A model generated the notes under the pieces. It made no database searches, was not told where the DNA came from, and worked only from the letters and a program-made list of their open reading frames with translations. A stretch of 64,000 nt of DNA from Octopus vulgaris (lineage: Eukaryota): contig OX597833.1 of NCBI GenBank assembly GCA_951406725.2, positions 496,001-560,000 of the forward strand, written 5' to 3'. Positions 23,934 to 37,928 of the stretch are shown in pieces. Position 1 is the stretch's first letter. Each line of letters begins with the position of its first letter. Both the position numbers and the translations under genes were made by a program.

Positions 23934-25082
23934 AAGCATCCTTCTTCACTCCAGGGTAACCCGGGAAAAAAAAACCTTCCCCAAATTTGCATTAAAACTA
24001 AATTTGTGAGTGTATACATTTAGTTAACACGAGGGATTACCGGTACATATACTAACCGTTTAAGAAGAATAAGGAATTAAGCTATTTCCCTAATTTTATA
24101 ATTAAAAGACAAAGATTCCCTACCGAAGTTTTTCAGTTTTCACATGAGGACGGTGTCGAGGTAAAGTTGTTCCCCCTTCGAATATTATTCCACCACAAAA
24201 ATGATTTCTTTAGATTTATCTCCCTTCTCGTATTACTAATAACGCGAGCCGAAGTTCACATGTTAGAGCGACGTGCAACATTCCTCACTGTATTTATTTA
24301 CTTATATCCTTTCATGTGGAGGTGCAATGGCCCAGTTGTTAGGGCAGCGGACTCGCGGTTGTAGTATCGCGGTTTCGATTCCCCGACTGGGCGTTGTGAG
24401 TGTTTATTGAGCGAAAACACCTAAAGCTCCACCGACAGGGGGTGGTGTCGATCCCTGCTGTACTCTTTCGACACAACTTTCTTTCACTCATTCTCCTGTT
24501 GGCCTGCTCGCTTAGCCAGCGGGGTGGCGTCATTTCAAGGCTAAAAGACAATGCGAAGCGCATTGTGACCAGCGATGTGTAGCAACATCTGACAGCCTGG
24601 TCGGTCACGTGATCACGTGATATCCTTTCATATTCTGGGATTCGTAAAACTGTTAATTATGTACGTAATTAACGTCGTTGAACTCCGGTACAAAACGGAA
24701 ATGATTTTTACAAATAGAACACCATTTTTACACAGGTGACTAAAATTAATTGGCATATCCACACAAGTGTGTCTCTACCTCGACTTTATTTCCTCATAAT
24801 TTTCAGAAAACGAATATTTTCGAAGGTAATCTGCTACATACACCTTTAAAATTGTATAGGTTGCGATTATATTGGAATTTAACACAAACGAAACGAAACG
24901 AAACGAAACGAAACAAAAAAGACTTGGTGGGCGCACACACATCACACATATTTTCAATTTTAAGTTACATTTCTTAAAGGGTTTTCTATTATAGCTGGGT
25001 CGTCTGTCAAATTCCCTCACAGTGCTTTGTGAGTGAATTTGGCAGAGGGAAACTGTGTAGTGCGCGCCTACATATCTACATA

Positions 25083-25830
25083 TACCTATTTCTTTACTAC
25101 CCACAAGGGGCTGAACACAGAGGGGACAAACATGGACAGACAAAGGGATTAAGTCGATTATATCGACCCCAGTGCGTAACTGGTACTTAATTTATCGACC
25201 CCGAAAGGATGAAAGGCAAAGTCGACCTCGGCGGAATTTGAACTCAGAACGTAGCGGCAGACAAAATACCTATTTCTTTACTACCCACAAGGGGCTAAAC
25301 ATAGAGGGGACAAACAAGGACAGGCGAAGGGATTAAGTCGATTATAACGACCCCAGTGCGTAACTGGTACTTATTTAATCGACCCCGAAAGGATGAAAGG
25401 CAAAGTCGACCTCGGCGGAATTTGAACTCAGAACGTAGCGGCAGACAAAATACCTATTTCTTTACTACCCACAAGGGGCTAAACATAGAGGGGACAAACA
25501 AGGACAGGCGAAGGGATTAAGTCGATTATAACGACCTCAGTGCGTAACTGGTACTTATTTAATCGACCCCGAAAGGATGAAAGGCAAAGTCGACCTCGGC
25601 GGAATTTGAACTCAGAACGTAGCGGCAGACAAAATACCTATTTCTTTACTACCCACAAGGGGCTAAACATAGAGGGGACAAACAAGGACAGGCGAAGGGA
25701 TTAAGTCGATTATAACGACCCCAGTGCGTAACTGGTACTTATTTAATCGACCCCGAAAGGATGAAAGGCAAAGTCGACCTCGGCGGAATTTGAACTCAGA
25801 ACGTAACGACAGACGAAATACTGCTAAGTA
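25083..25830 (-). repeat. Four tandem 184-bp units of SINE family B body
   Basis: Unit starts (tacctatttc) at 25083, 25267, 25451 and 25635. Confidence 0.9.
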
Positions 25831-26786
25831 TTACCTACATATACCTTCAGCTTGGTAGTCAGCGTGGATGTCGACAAAGCTCTTGACAGCGCTTCGTTCA
25901 AGTCGGCTTACGGGAAGGCCATGTCCGAGGCACAGCGGCTGTGGAATCTTCAGAACCGCACCACAGTGGTGGCAGACAGCATTCTGGACGCGTCGAAGAG
26001 GAGGCTGGTGGTCCCTAACAGTACCAGATGGAACTCTGTGTCTTTGTTGCTGTCTTCACCAACCTGCTGGAGAAGAATAGGGGAGGTGTCCCCAGGGTAA
26101 TGACACAGCTGAAGCTGCAGACCTTCACTGATTCTGATGTCAGCTTCCTGACGGCGGCGAGCTGGCAGAAACGTTAGCACGCCGGGCGAAATGCGTAGCT
26201 TTATTTCGTCTGCTGTTATGTTCTGAGTTCAAATTCCGTCGAGGTCGACTTTGCCTTTCATCCTTTCGGGGTCGATAAATTAAATACCAGTTACGCACTG
26301 GGTCAATGTAATCGACTTAATCCGTTTGTCTGTCCTTGTTTGTCCCCTCTATGTTTAGCCCCTTGTGGGTAGTAAAGAAATAGGCTTCCTGACGGTGTAC
26401 GCCCAGGTGATGTATAATGTTGCCAAGGCCTTGGATAAAATCCTATGGGAGGACTAGGCCTATCTTGGGAGCCTTCTGCCGACTGTAGCGGCTACCGTCA
26501 TGAAGTTGAAGGAAGCCAAGTTAAGATAACTCCTGTACTGCAGTCCTCTGGTAGACGCGATACTGGAAGGCATCACGAAAAGGTTTGGGCTCCTCCTAGA
26601 AGACTTGGAGTACCAGCTGGTCGCTGCTTTCCACCCTAAGTTTAGCCTGTTCAGGCTGGAGCAGTATTATAACAGCCAGGTCAGCAGAGTAACGAACGCC
26701 ATGGAGACCGTCGCAGAGACAGCTCTAACGGAGACCAATGAGGAGGGCAGCTGCACCACCAGCAATGAGGATGAGGAAGATGATTT

Positions 26787-27337
26787 TGTAAGGAAATGTG
26801 AATATCTTCTCCGGACCTTTTGGGGGTGCGAGAAGCAATCACTTTCCGTTGCTTTTATATCCAGACTCTACCAGTCAAAGAAACACAAAACGCAGACGTA
26901 AAAAATAGATATACTTTATTGTTTTATGGTGAGAGATCAGTGGTATATCTGATATCCTTGGTTCTGGGCGCGCAAGGCTGAAAGTTAATCGATTGTAATA
27001 TTTACAATGTTCAGCCGCTAAAAACAGAACGGGTTAAAGATGGCCGCGGAATATGAAGACGATGTTGTCCGCAACGATTTGGTAAAAACCTTCGGCCGAC
27101 TGCTATCAAAGCTGGACAGAGAGAAATATACGTCTGCTTGTATCAAAGGCCTTCTGCTGTCTCTGCTGGACGCTGTCTCTCGTCAAGGTTTTTGCGTTCC
27201 CTTGCCTCTTTTCTAAGGGTCGCTTTTCCTAGCCAATCAGCTAATTCCACGATAGCAATATTTCCTCTTGGTGATGAAAACACGCGCGAATCAGAAAAGG
27301 GCGTTGCGCGCGCGCGCTGTTGTATAGCGTCACTACA
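26787..27337. mobile_element. Solo LTR (Gypsy-like) inside the hAT transposase
   Basis: TGTA...TACA termini and 4-bp TSD ATTT; removing it restores GAT GAT TTC TTC (DDFF) in the hAT frame. Confidence 0.75.
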
Positions 27338-27756
27338 ATTTCTTCAGCAACATCATTCGGTTCCGGTAGAGCAGGAAATCCAAGGTGCATAACTTGGAGA
27401 AGACCTAGCTGGAGGACGTCTCGAAGGAGATCCTGACTGAAGTTGCCTTTTTGGGTGAACAGGTTGTGTAGTTTGGGTTCTAATGGGATCGACAACCAAA
27501 TGAAAACCATTGTTATTGTTACGTGTTTATTGACTTTCCATGTTACACGGACTCGACATTCAGCGTAGTAATACATTATATACTTTACACACAGTTGTAC
27601 TGTTCACTAACAAAATAGTGCCAAGAGTGGGGATGTAGTTTGGCATACGTAAACACATAGATATGAATGTGTAACACAGGTCTTGATAAACCTGTTTCTC
27701 CAAGTGTAACCCCGTCATCCCATCCAGTACTGCACTTGAGCACCTATTCTCTATAG

Positions 27757-27957
27757 CAGTGCTTTTCAAACTTTTTGCTGGAGCGGAACCCCAAGGAAGC
27801 ATTCCACTGGCTCGAGGAACCCCTGTGCAATAATTTAATAGTCTTATGCACACATATCTGCACAGGAGAATTAAAAATTACTGCCGATTTTAGCAGTTTT
27901 GTAACTTCTTGCGGAACCCCTGGACTGTACTGGCGGATCCCTGGTTGAAAACCACTG
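27757..27957. mobile_element. hAT/Charlie-type MITE
   Basis: TIRs cagtgcttttcaa / ttgaaaaccactg; 8-bp TSD ctctatag/ctctatac. Confidence 0.85.
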
Positions 27958-28538
27958 CTCTATACGCAAAGATATTTTGAGAGCCAAGAGAGTCACTCTG
28001 TCAGATGGTAACTTTGAGAGGCTGATGTTTATGAAGGGCAACCAGCATGACATCGAGGCGATGGAGAAGGCCCAGCCAGAGCAGTACACGTTGATCATCA
28101 TCTGATCTTAGTATGGTCCCTATGTTATACTGTACCTTTTTGATTTGTTTAATACTTTTTCTCCAGTAAATAAAATGTATGTTGACTGAAGAACTAATCT
28201 TTAATTTCGTTTGTTCACTTAATTATTTGCGTACACCTTAATCATCATCTGATCTTGGCATGTTACACCTTTTTGGAAAGCTCTATGTCTAAGCTACAAC
28301 ATGAAAATTTAAGCTCTGTAGGTCTGTTTTTAGGGTGTTTAGAGCTAAAAAAAAAAAAAAACAAAAACAACCTGAGTCTAAGTTCGAATCGTAAAATTTA
28401 GCGGTTCTTAGTTAGCGTTACCTTTCGCTAATTCTTTCCACCTGTTTAGGGGTTTTAGCGTTTGCAGAGCTGACCCTTTTAGTTAGCGGATTAGCGGTTC
28501 GCGAAGCTAACTTTCTGGTTAACTGTGCCCACCGCTGC

Positions 28539-28604
<66 letters not shown>

Positions 28605-30217
28605 ATAAATGAAAGAATGGAGTCGAACGAAGATGTTAACAAAATTCCTTTACTCTCGACATATGTTTCGAAGACAACATGTTTTCATTCCAAAGGAATA
28701 AAGGGTGCATTATGCAATCATAGGATAATTCATTCACCTATTTATATATATATATATGTATATGTGTGTGTGTGTGTGTTTGTGGCTGTGGTTGTCCCCT
28801 CCCCACCATCACTGCCTGACAACCGGGGTTAGTGTGTTTACGTCCTCGTAACGCACACACACACACACACACACACACTCCCACATATACATACGACGGG
28901 CTTCTTTCAGTTTCCGTTTACCAGATCCTCTCACAAGGCCTTGGTTGGCCCGAGGCTATAGTAGAAAACACTTGCCCAAGGTGCCACGCAGTGGGACTGA
29001 ACCTGGAACCACGTGGCTGGGAAGCAAATGTTTTACCACACTGCTACGCATGCGCCTTTATTAAGGTTTCAACCCCAGTTCATTCCTTATTTGTTCTAAT
29101 TCCATGTTTGATTCGCGATTTGGTTTTTAACTAATTAAAAACACAATTAGCTCGCATTTAGTTCAGCTTTGGTCATCCTACAAACTGAGTGAAAATTCCT
29201 GCTGTTGTTTTTGCCTTTGTCCACTACGTTACCTTGGTTTTGGATTACCCCGGTCAGATAGTGACCCTTTGACCCTGTATAAATTTCTATTGCATTGTAT
29301 AGCCTATTTCTTTACTACCCACAAGGGGCTAAACACAGAGGGGACAAACAAGGACAGACAAACGGATTAAGTCGATTATATCGTCCCTAGTGCGTAAATG
29401 GTACTTATTTAATCGACCCCGAAAGGATGAAAAGCAAAGTCGACCTCGACGGAATTTGAACTCAGAACGTAACGGCAGACGAAATACTTATTTCTTTACT
29501 ACCCACAAGCGGCTAAACACAGAGGGGACAAACAAGGACAGATAAAGGGATTAAGTCGATTATATCGACCCCAGTGCGTAACTGGTACTTATTTAATCGA
29601 CCCCGTAGACGAAATACCGCTAAGCATTCCGTCCATTGCATTGCATAACCTGTACCAACCGCTGTGAAGGTGCTTGGCTTACTGGGTAGGGTACTGCACT
29701 CACGATTGCACAGTCGTGGTTTCGAATCCCGGACCGGGCGTTACGCTGTATTCTTGAGCAAAGCACTTCATTTCATTTTGCCCTGCAATCACTTCGACAC
29801 TTGGCAGTTGGCACACATATGCACCTGTAAACGCTATGCCAATTCGATGGTGGAAGTGAGCTAATGTACAGTCCAAACATCTGATCATTCTAAACAAATC
29901 AACTTTGCTGGATTTTCACCGAGAAGCTGCAAAATCTTTATCTGTCTTTTATGATAAGAGAGTCCACCACCTATTCTTGTAGGTATAAATACATGTATAT
30001 AATTGGTCTATTTGCAGACAAGTCAGTCGCAATCTATAAATCTAAAAAATAGTACGCAGGAGTGGCTGTGTGGTAAGTAGCTTGTTTACCAACCACATGG
30101 TTCCGGGTTCAGTCCCACTGCGTGGCATCTTGGGCAAGTGTCTTCTGCTATAGCCCCGGGCCGACCAATGCCTTGTGAGTGGATTTGGTAGACGGAAACT
30201 GAAAGAAGCCTGTCGTA

Positions 30218-30287
<70 letters not shown>

Positions 30288-31218
30288 TGTGTCTGTGTTT
30301 GTCCCCCTAGCATTGCTTAACAACCAATGCTGGTGTGTTTACGTCGCCGTCACTTAGCGGTTCGGCAAAAGAGACCGATAGAATAAGTACTGGGCTTACA
30401 AAGAATAAGTCCCGGGATCGATTTGCTCGACTAAAGGCGGTGCTCCAGCATGGCCGCAGTCAAATGACTGAAAAAGAGTAAAAGAGTATTTCTTCGCCGA
30501 GCGTAGTTTCAGCCTATACTCCTCTCGGTATTGCACCCCAGCACACTTACATTGCACCACAATTATATACAATGCATTATTTCTTATATCGTTTGTTTTG
30601 AGTTCCATTACTTCATTCACCATCGATCATATGTTATCTATTTATCTTTTACCTTTTACTTGCTTCAATCAATAGACTGCGACCATGCTGGGGCATCGCC
30701 TTGAAGAATGTATAGTATACATTGACCCCAGTACTTCTTTCTTTAAAGACTCGTACTTATTCTATCGGTCACTTTTGCCGAACCGCTAAGTCACAGTGAC
30801 AACCACAAAGACATACATGCACACACACACACACACACACGACGGGCTTCTTTCAGTTTCTGTCTACCAGATCCACTCACAAGGCTTTGGTTGGCTTGGG
30901 GCTATGGTAGAAAACAATTGCCCAAGTTTCTACGCAGTGGGACTGAACGCGGAATCATGTGGTTGGTAAGCAAGCTACTTACCACACAGCTTCCATCATA
31001 TTTTACTCTTTTACTTGTTTCAGTCATTTGACTGCGGCCATGCTGGAGCACCGCATTTAGTCGAGCAAATCGACCCCAGGACTTATTCTTTGTAAGCCCA
31101 GTACTTATTCTATCGGAGTCTCTTTTGCCGAACCGCTAAGTGACGGGGACGTAAACACACCAGCATCGGTTGTCAAGCAATGCTAGGGGGACAAACACAG
31201 ACACACAAACACATACGC

Positions 31219-31274
<56 letters not shown>

Positions 31275-31861
31275 ATATACGACGGGCTTCTCTCAGTTTC
31301 CGTCTACCAAATCCACTCACAAGGCTTTGGTCGGCCCGGGGCTATAGCAGAAGACACTTGCCCAAGATGCCACGCAGTAGGACTGAACCCGGAACCATGT
31401 GGTTGGTAAGCTAGCTACTTACCACACAGCCACTCCTGCGCCTATCTATTTATTTATTTATTTATTTATTTATTTATTTCTCTGCATTAAACTGTGTCAA
31501 ATGCATGGAAAATAGTAACTGCACACATGCTGCGGCCCCGGGGTGTTAATTTACTTTCTGCGAGGTACCGTTTCCCTTTGTCGATATTCTGGGAGTCACA
31601 TTTAACCCCAGGCATAGACCTACGCCTTGTAACGTTTTCTGCATGTCTTTTCCTTTGCCATATTCATTTCAACCTGAAGCAAATCAATTCGATATATAGG
31701 CGCAGGAGTGGCTGTGTGGTAAGTAGCTTACTTACCAACCACATGGTTCCAGGTTCAGTCCCACTGCGTGGCACCTTGGGCAAGTGTCTTCTGCTATAGC
31801 CTCGGGCCGACCAAAGCCTTGTGAGTGGATTTGGTAGACGGAAACTGAAAGAAGCCCGTCG

Positions 31862-31908
<47 letters not shown>

Positions 31909-32290
31909 TTGTGTTTGTCCTCCTAGCATTGCTTGACAACCGATGCTGGTGTGTTTACGTCCCCGTCACTTAGCGGTTTGGTAAAAGAGACCGATAGAAT
32001 AAGTACTGGGCTTACAAAGAATAAGTCCCGGGGTAGATTTGCTCGATTAAAGGCGGTGCTCCAGCATGGCCGCAGTCAAATGACTGAAACAAGTAAAAGA
32101 GTAAAGAGAGAGTATATACCCCCGCAGGGGGTATATACTCACACTTGATTAAATGTGTGAATTATCGTATATTATTTCTCTAGTTTTCTTGCTAAAACAG
32201 CTATCTTTCTTTTTAAACATTTCAATAGACACTTGATTTTCGAGTAATTTCAAATATCATGAGATGAATTTAAAAACTAAAAAATTAATA

Positions 32291-32362
<72 letters not shown>

Positions 32363-32401
32363 TATTAATTTTTTTAATTTTTAAATATATATATATATAT
32401 A

Positions 32402-32795
32402 CTAGCAGTATCGCCCGGCGTTGCTCGGGTTTGTAAGGGAAATAACTATATAAGCATTTTTAGAGATGTAAAGTATAATAGCCATCTCAATATGGCTAAC
32501 CACAAAGGGGGGTGTTACTGTAGTTTTTTACGTTCTGAGATTTAATAATAAATTTTTAGAGAGTTACTTCCCTTATATATGCCAAAAATGCATTAAAAAT
32601 GGGAAAAATTGATGGTAAATTTTTTTTAAATCGTAGACTCATCGTAGACGTGCGCTAATACCCAGAAGGGCTCGATATGAATCACGACTATAAGATACCC
32701 GGTTTTGGTTAAACTGCACCGCAAAATGTGGGAGTAGTTAGGAATCTAAATCGTAGGAGACAGACAGCACACAACCTCACTTTTATATATAAAGA
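32402..32795 (-). mobile_element. Non-autonomous Helitron; partial second copy at about 44675-45340 interrupted by a SINE
   Basis: Minus strand: A|TCTTTATATATAAAAG ... hairpin CCCGAGCAACGCCGGG ... CTAG|T. Confidence 0.85.
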
Positions 32796-33339
32796 TGTGT
32801 GTGTGTGTGTGCGTGCGCACATATGGAATTAGAAAATCATGTGGTTATCACAGTAAGCTCCTCATTCGGAGTCGGCTATCAGTCTACGCAGTAATCAATT
32901 ACTGTCTAATACAATATGGCCATGCATCTGAAAATCCAAGAAACCTGAACGATAATTTTTTTCCGCAAGGAGAAAATGAAACATAAGGTCAGGAGGCACA
33001 AAAAGTAAAGGCAAATTTATTTCTTCACGATTTCCATATGATGACGTACGGTTACAGCCGTTTCGTAACGTTCTTCATGAAATATTGTTAATTGCAGTAT
33101 GCAAAATTATACGTGCATGATTTTCTCAATATGTACGCTCAACATTATACAGTACACTTGTATATTCACAAATTAATGCAAATGAAGGTAGCTAGCTCAT
33201 CAGATCACCGGAACATCATGGTTAACCATAATGAAATTGATAATAATCTATATGAAGAAGATTATGAAAGGGATGTAGTCTTGTGGAAATCATATGGAGA
33301 AATAAATCTGTTTTCATTTCAAACACTCACTTTCCGACA

Positions 33340-33433
<94 letters not shown>

Positions 33434-33487
33434 CTGAAGAAATGAATGCATGAAAATGACCTACCCGATGTGTGTATATATATATAT

Positions 33488-33552
<65 letters not shown>

Positions 33553-33609
33553 CATTGTAGTGATTAATAAATTCTGGTATAGTCCATGTTTCTGTCTTTC
33601 ATGTACCAT

Positions 33610-33642
<33 letters not shown>

Positions 33643-33690
33643 GTAAATAATGACAATAATCCTTGGATGGAAGTTATAAACTTTTAATGC

Positions 33691-33824
33691 ATCGCTACGC
33701 GCGTTTCCACAAATTACATGTCTCTTAAGAACATAGATCGTATTCCTGGGATGATTACAGTGTAGTCTGCATTACCCGTGGGCATCGGGTAGGTCATTTT
33801 CATGCATTCATTTCTTCAGGTGAT
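33691..33824 (-). ncRNA. Degenerate type I hammerhead (family D)
   Basis: ATCAC-CTGAAGA...GAAA-CGCGCG-TA-GCGAT with palindromic stem III ACGCGCGT; stem II is long and imperfect. Confidence 0.45.
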
Positions 33825-36033
33825 ATAACATTAATGGAGGATTACCAGAGCCATGTTTATCCCTTTTGAATGCGGACTATGATCTTAAGAAACATGTGAT
33901 TTGTGGAAACGCGCATAGCGAGGCATTAAATATTTATAAATTCCATTCTACCATTCCTATTTTTCTTCTGCTCTAACTGTTTTACACTCTGTTCGTTTCT
34001 TTTTCATTTTTATTTAAATTTCTGAATATCACTTTTAAATTTTTTACTGATGCTTGAAAATAGGTTAAAATAATAAAAAAAATTAATTAATTATTAAAAT
34101 TCCTTTACTTCAAGTAGAAATGGAAATACTCGGTGTCCTATAAATAGGACACTGAGACAAGGTTTTCATTTAGTGTCCTATTTATAGGACAGTGTGACTT
34201 AATGGGTTAAATTTCTCGCTTTTAAACATTTGGTCGTGTGACAGACGAGACATACAAGAAGAAGAAACAGAAAACAGTGACAGAATGAATCAACGGTTTC
34301 GAGTAAATCACTAAATTGATCGTAGTATTTCTCTCCTTTGTACATCTGCACGCATGCCCACATAATATATACATACATACGGGCTGGCAGACACGTTAGC
34401 GCGCCGGGCGAAATGCTTAGCGGTGTTTCGTCTGTCGTTACGTTCCGAGTTCAAATTCCGCCGAGGTCGACTTTGCCTTTCATCCTTTCGGGGTCGATAA
34501 ATAAAGTACCAGTTTCCCACTGGGGTCGATATAATCGACTTAATCTCTTTGTCTGTCCTTGTTTGTCTCCTCTATGTTTAGCCCCTTGTGGGCAATAAAG
34601 AAATAGGTATTTCGTCTGCCGCTACGTTCTGAGTTCAAATTCCGCCGAGGTCGACTTTGCCTTTCATCCTTTCGGGGTCGATAAATTAAGTACCAGTTTC
34701 CCACTGGGGTCGATATAATCGACTTAATCCCTTTGTCTGTCTTTGTTTGTCTCTTCTATGTTTAGCCCCTTGTGGGCAGTGAAGAAATAAATATATACAT
34801 ACATACCCCCTCCATATACACATATATGTGAGTATGCGTGCGCGTGTGTGTACATATGTGAGGCTGGCAGAATCTGTAGAGCACCGGATAAAATGTGATG
34901 TGGTGGCTTTTACGTTCTAAGTTGAAATATGACATGACGTAAGCACTTGACGATAACAGAACCAACAATATTCCGACTGTGTCGTTCCAACATGGTCACA
35001 CCGCATAAAGCGTTGTGTTGATAATATCATCCCCTGATTCGTGACAGATTTGAACTCAGAATGTATGTCACCCTGTCCCCATATATATAAACACATATAT
35101 TCATAAGCATGCATGCATACACACATATACACCCATTTATACATGTACGCATGTATATATATAAACCTCAATAAACCTGCAAATGCAAGAAAATGTTAGA
35201 TCAGAGATATTTACTAAATACCTTCACTTCAGCAAGTACCTGTCAAAATACTGAAAATCATGCATTCACCCCCACTCATTAGGTCTAAACTTTTTTGTTT
35301 TTTACCAAGAACAATAATTTTTTTTACCAAAAACAATCATTTTTTTTACCAAGAACAATCGTTTTTTTTTACCAAGAACAACCATTATTTTTTTATCAAG
35401 AACAATCGCTCATCCTTACTAGGAGATATCATTGATCTCAATATATTTCCTTTAATAACAAATTCATTAACATTTTCAATATTTTATCTTTCCATGCTTA
35501 TATAGCAGAGTGGTTAAATGCTTAGTTATTCACCAGAAGCATTCACATTGTCTTATATCCCCCTTCAGCTTTAACCCATTAAAGCTTCCCAAGATATTTA
35601 ACTTTCCATAATGTATGTCCACACAGACTTCCTTAATTTGTCTCTTTCTTTTTTTTCTTCCCCTGAGCGTATTATATTCACGTCCTTCATCTTTCAGCCA
35701 TTTAAAAGTTTTTAAATTTCTTCTGACCTTTCAAAGAAAACAATCCACTTCTAAGAATATTAAAATGGAATGAATTATGCCCCTCATAATTTTTAACTCG
35801 AAATGCGTTTCTAGAAACTCCATATACGAAGAAAACATATCTCAAAAAAATATTTCAGTCACGGGTTGATGTTTGTCGTCGGACGATTTCTTAGCATTTT
35901 CTGGGCAGGAAACTTAACGTAACGATCATGAATCGTCTTTATCGTATAATATATTATTCTACTACTGCATCGGTTATTATTTGAACTACTTACCGTATTC
36001 TTGTTTATTTAAACACCCAATATACATACATGC

Positions 36034-36121
<88 letters not shown>

Positions 36122-36285
36122 GTATGTATATTCATACATATGGTTATATGCAAATGGATACGCTTAGTTACGCATGAATACACACTCTCACGCTCTCATC
36201 AAAAAAATTATTTGGGTTTTCTAGTTCTGCCATTTTCTTCTTTGCATTTCGAGTTTCAGCTAATCTTTTTAAAAACCCTTGTTTG

Positions 36286-36287
<2 letters not shown>

Positions 36288-36340
<53 letters not shown>

Positions 36341-36344
36341 GTTA

Positions 36345-36391
<47 letters not shown>

Positions 36392-36395
36392 GTTA

Positions 36396-36454
<59 letters not shown>

Positions 36455-36458
36455 GTTA

Positions 36459-36496
<38 letters not shown>

Positions 36497-36506
36497 GTTA
36501 TTGTTA

Positions 36507-36550
<44 letters not shown>

Positions 36551-36554
36551 GTTA

Positions 36555-36598
<44 letters not shown>

Positions 36599-36632
36599 GT
36601 TATTGTTATTGTTATTGTTGTAGTTGTAGTTG
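36288..36632. repeat. (ATT/GTT)n microsatellite about 90 nt downstream of the SLC34 stop
   Basis: Direct reading; explains the poly-I, poly-L and poly-Y ORFs. Confidence 0.97.
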
Positions 36633-36724
36633 TTAATTTTTACTTGTTTGTTATTATATTTGCTCAGTTTGTGCCGTGTTTTATTTTCTTGATAAGGTTT
36701 TTGGTATTTAAAAAAAAATTTCTT

Positions 36725-37620
36725 TCATGGAATCGATTCCATTGAGCTTTTCATGGCAAAGTTCGTTTGCGGCGTAAGAGTGTTATTCTTTTCTTTGGAG
36801 AACGAGCACCTTTTCAATTTCCCAAACCACCGACCGATTGCCGTCATTGGTCGGTCGTATGGTTCTAGCGAGTGCATCCACAGAGGCAGAAAGTCCCAGG
36901 TCCTCAGTTTTTCGGGTAGATAGCTGGGTAACTTTTTCTGAAGTATGTTCATGATAATCACGAATATAAGGACCAAACCGATCGGACCAAAAACACCAAC
37001 CCAAGCAGGCCATCCACCCAAGGACACGACAAACACAAGACCGGGTAACAACAAGAACATAGTGATGAGGTATACAATGGCAAACCAACGATATTTTGCT
37101 GTTGTATTGCCGAGAGATTTGCTCAAACCAATGGGGACTTTCCTCAAGTATGGAATCGGATACCAAATGAGGATGCCGCTTACGTTAAAGAACAGATGAC
37201 AGAACGCGATTCGCAGGGCCAGTTTTAGGCTTTCACCGGATGATGTCATGGCAGCCATAACAGCTGTGAACGTCGTCCCTATGTTTGCTCCCAGCGTCAG
37301 AGGATACATCCGTTTCAAGGAAATAACCCCAACGCCAACGAGCGGGGTGAGTGTGGAGGTGAAGATGGAACTACTTTGCACCAGAAACGTCAAGGCTGTA
37401 CCGACAAGAATCGCCAGGTAACCGGTTAGAAACCCAAACGGACTGGGTAGTTTGGCGTTGACCATTTTCTTTATAATTTTCGCCGTGTTGCCTTTCATTA
37501 CGGTATGGAGGATTTTTACAATTGATATTAAGCAGAAACAGAGCACGACCAGCGAAATTACAAGCAAGATCACGCCAATTAAGGTGTCGTTGAGGGAAGA
37601 GTTTGCAAATACGTGGTGAC
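36725..37620 (-). CDS. SLC34A2: SLC34 last coding exon
   Basis: ttttgcag acceptor, 896 nt to TGA. Contains [36 protein letters not shown] and [16 protein letters not shown]. The seven exons sum to 1911 nt in frame. Confidence 0.96.
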
Positions 37621-37832
37621 CTGCAAAATAGACAAATGAGTAAATTAATTAAATAGATAAATAAATAGGCGCAGGAGTGGCTGTGTGGTAAGTAGCTTGC
37701 TAACCAACCACATGGTTCCGGGTTCAGTCCCACTGCGTGGCATCTTGGGTAAGTGTCTTCTGCTATAGCCTCGGGCCGACCAATGCCTTGTGAGTGGATT
37801 TGGTAGACGGAAACTGAAAGAAGCCCGTCGTA

Positions 37833-37928
<96 letters not shown>

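Larger units (their letters stand above)
25849..28537 (+). mobile_element. Decayed hAT transposon (3' part) with nested insertions
   Basis: TRWNS motif, AAFHPKF, dimerisation-domain remnant PSSTALEHLFS..KDILRAKR.TLSDGNFERLMFMKGN, and terminal sequence gtgcccaccgctg. Confidence 0.85.

Noticed and set aside
27040-27216. 58-codon ORF with strong AAGATGGC start (MAAEYEDDVV...)
   Set aside because: It lies inside the TSD-bounded solo LTR and has no recognisable homology or downstream exons.
33092-33445. 117-aa ORF in semi-unique sequence
   Set aside because: No recognisable motif, TTG start, ends in a microsatellite, and no convincing splice sites.
35981-36745. Poly-Ile, poly-Leu and poly-Tyr ORFs
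   Set aside because: They are translations of (ATT)n and (TA)n microsatellites.
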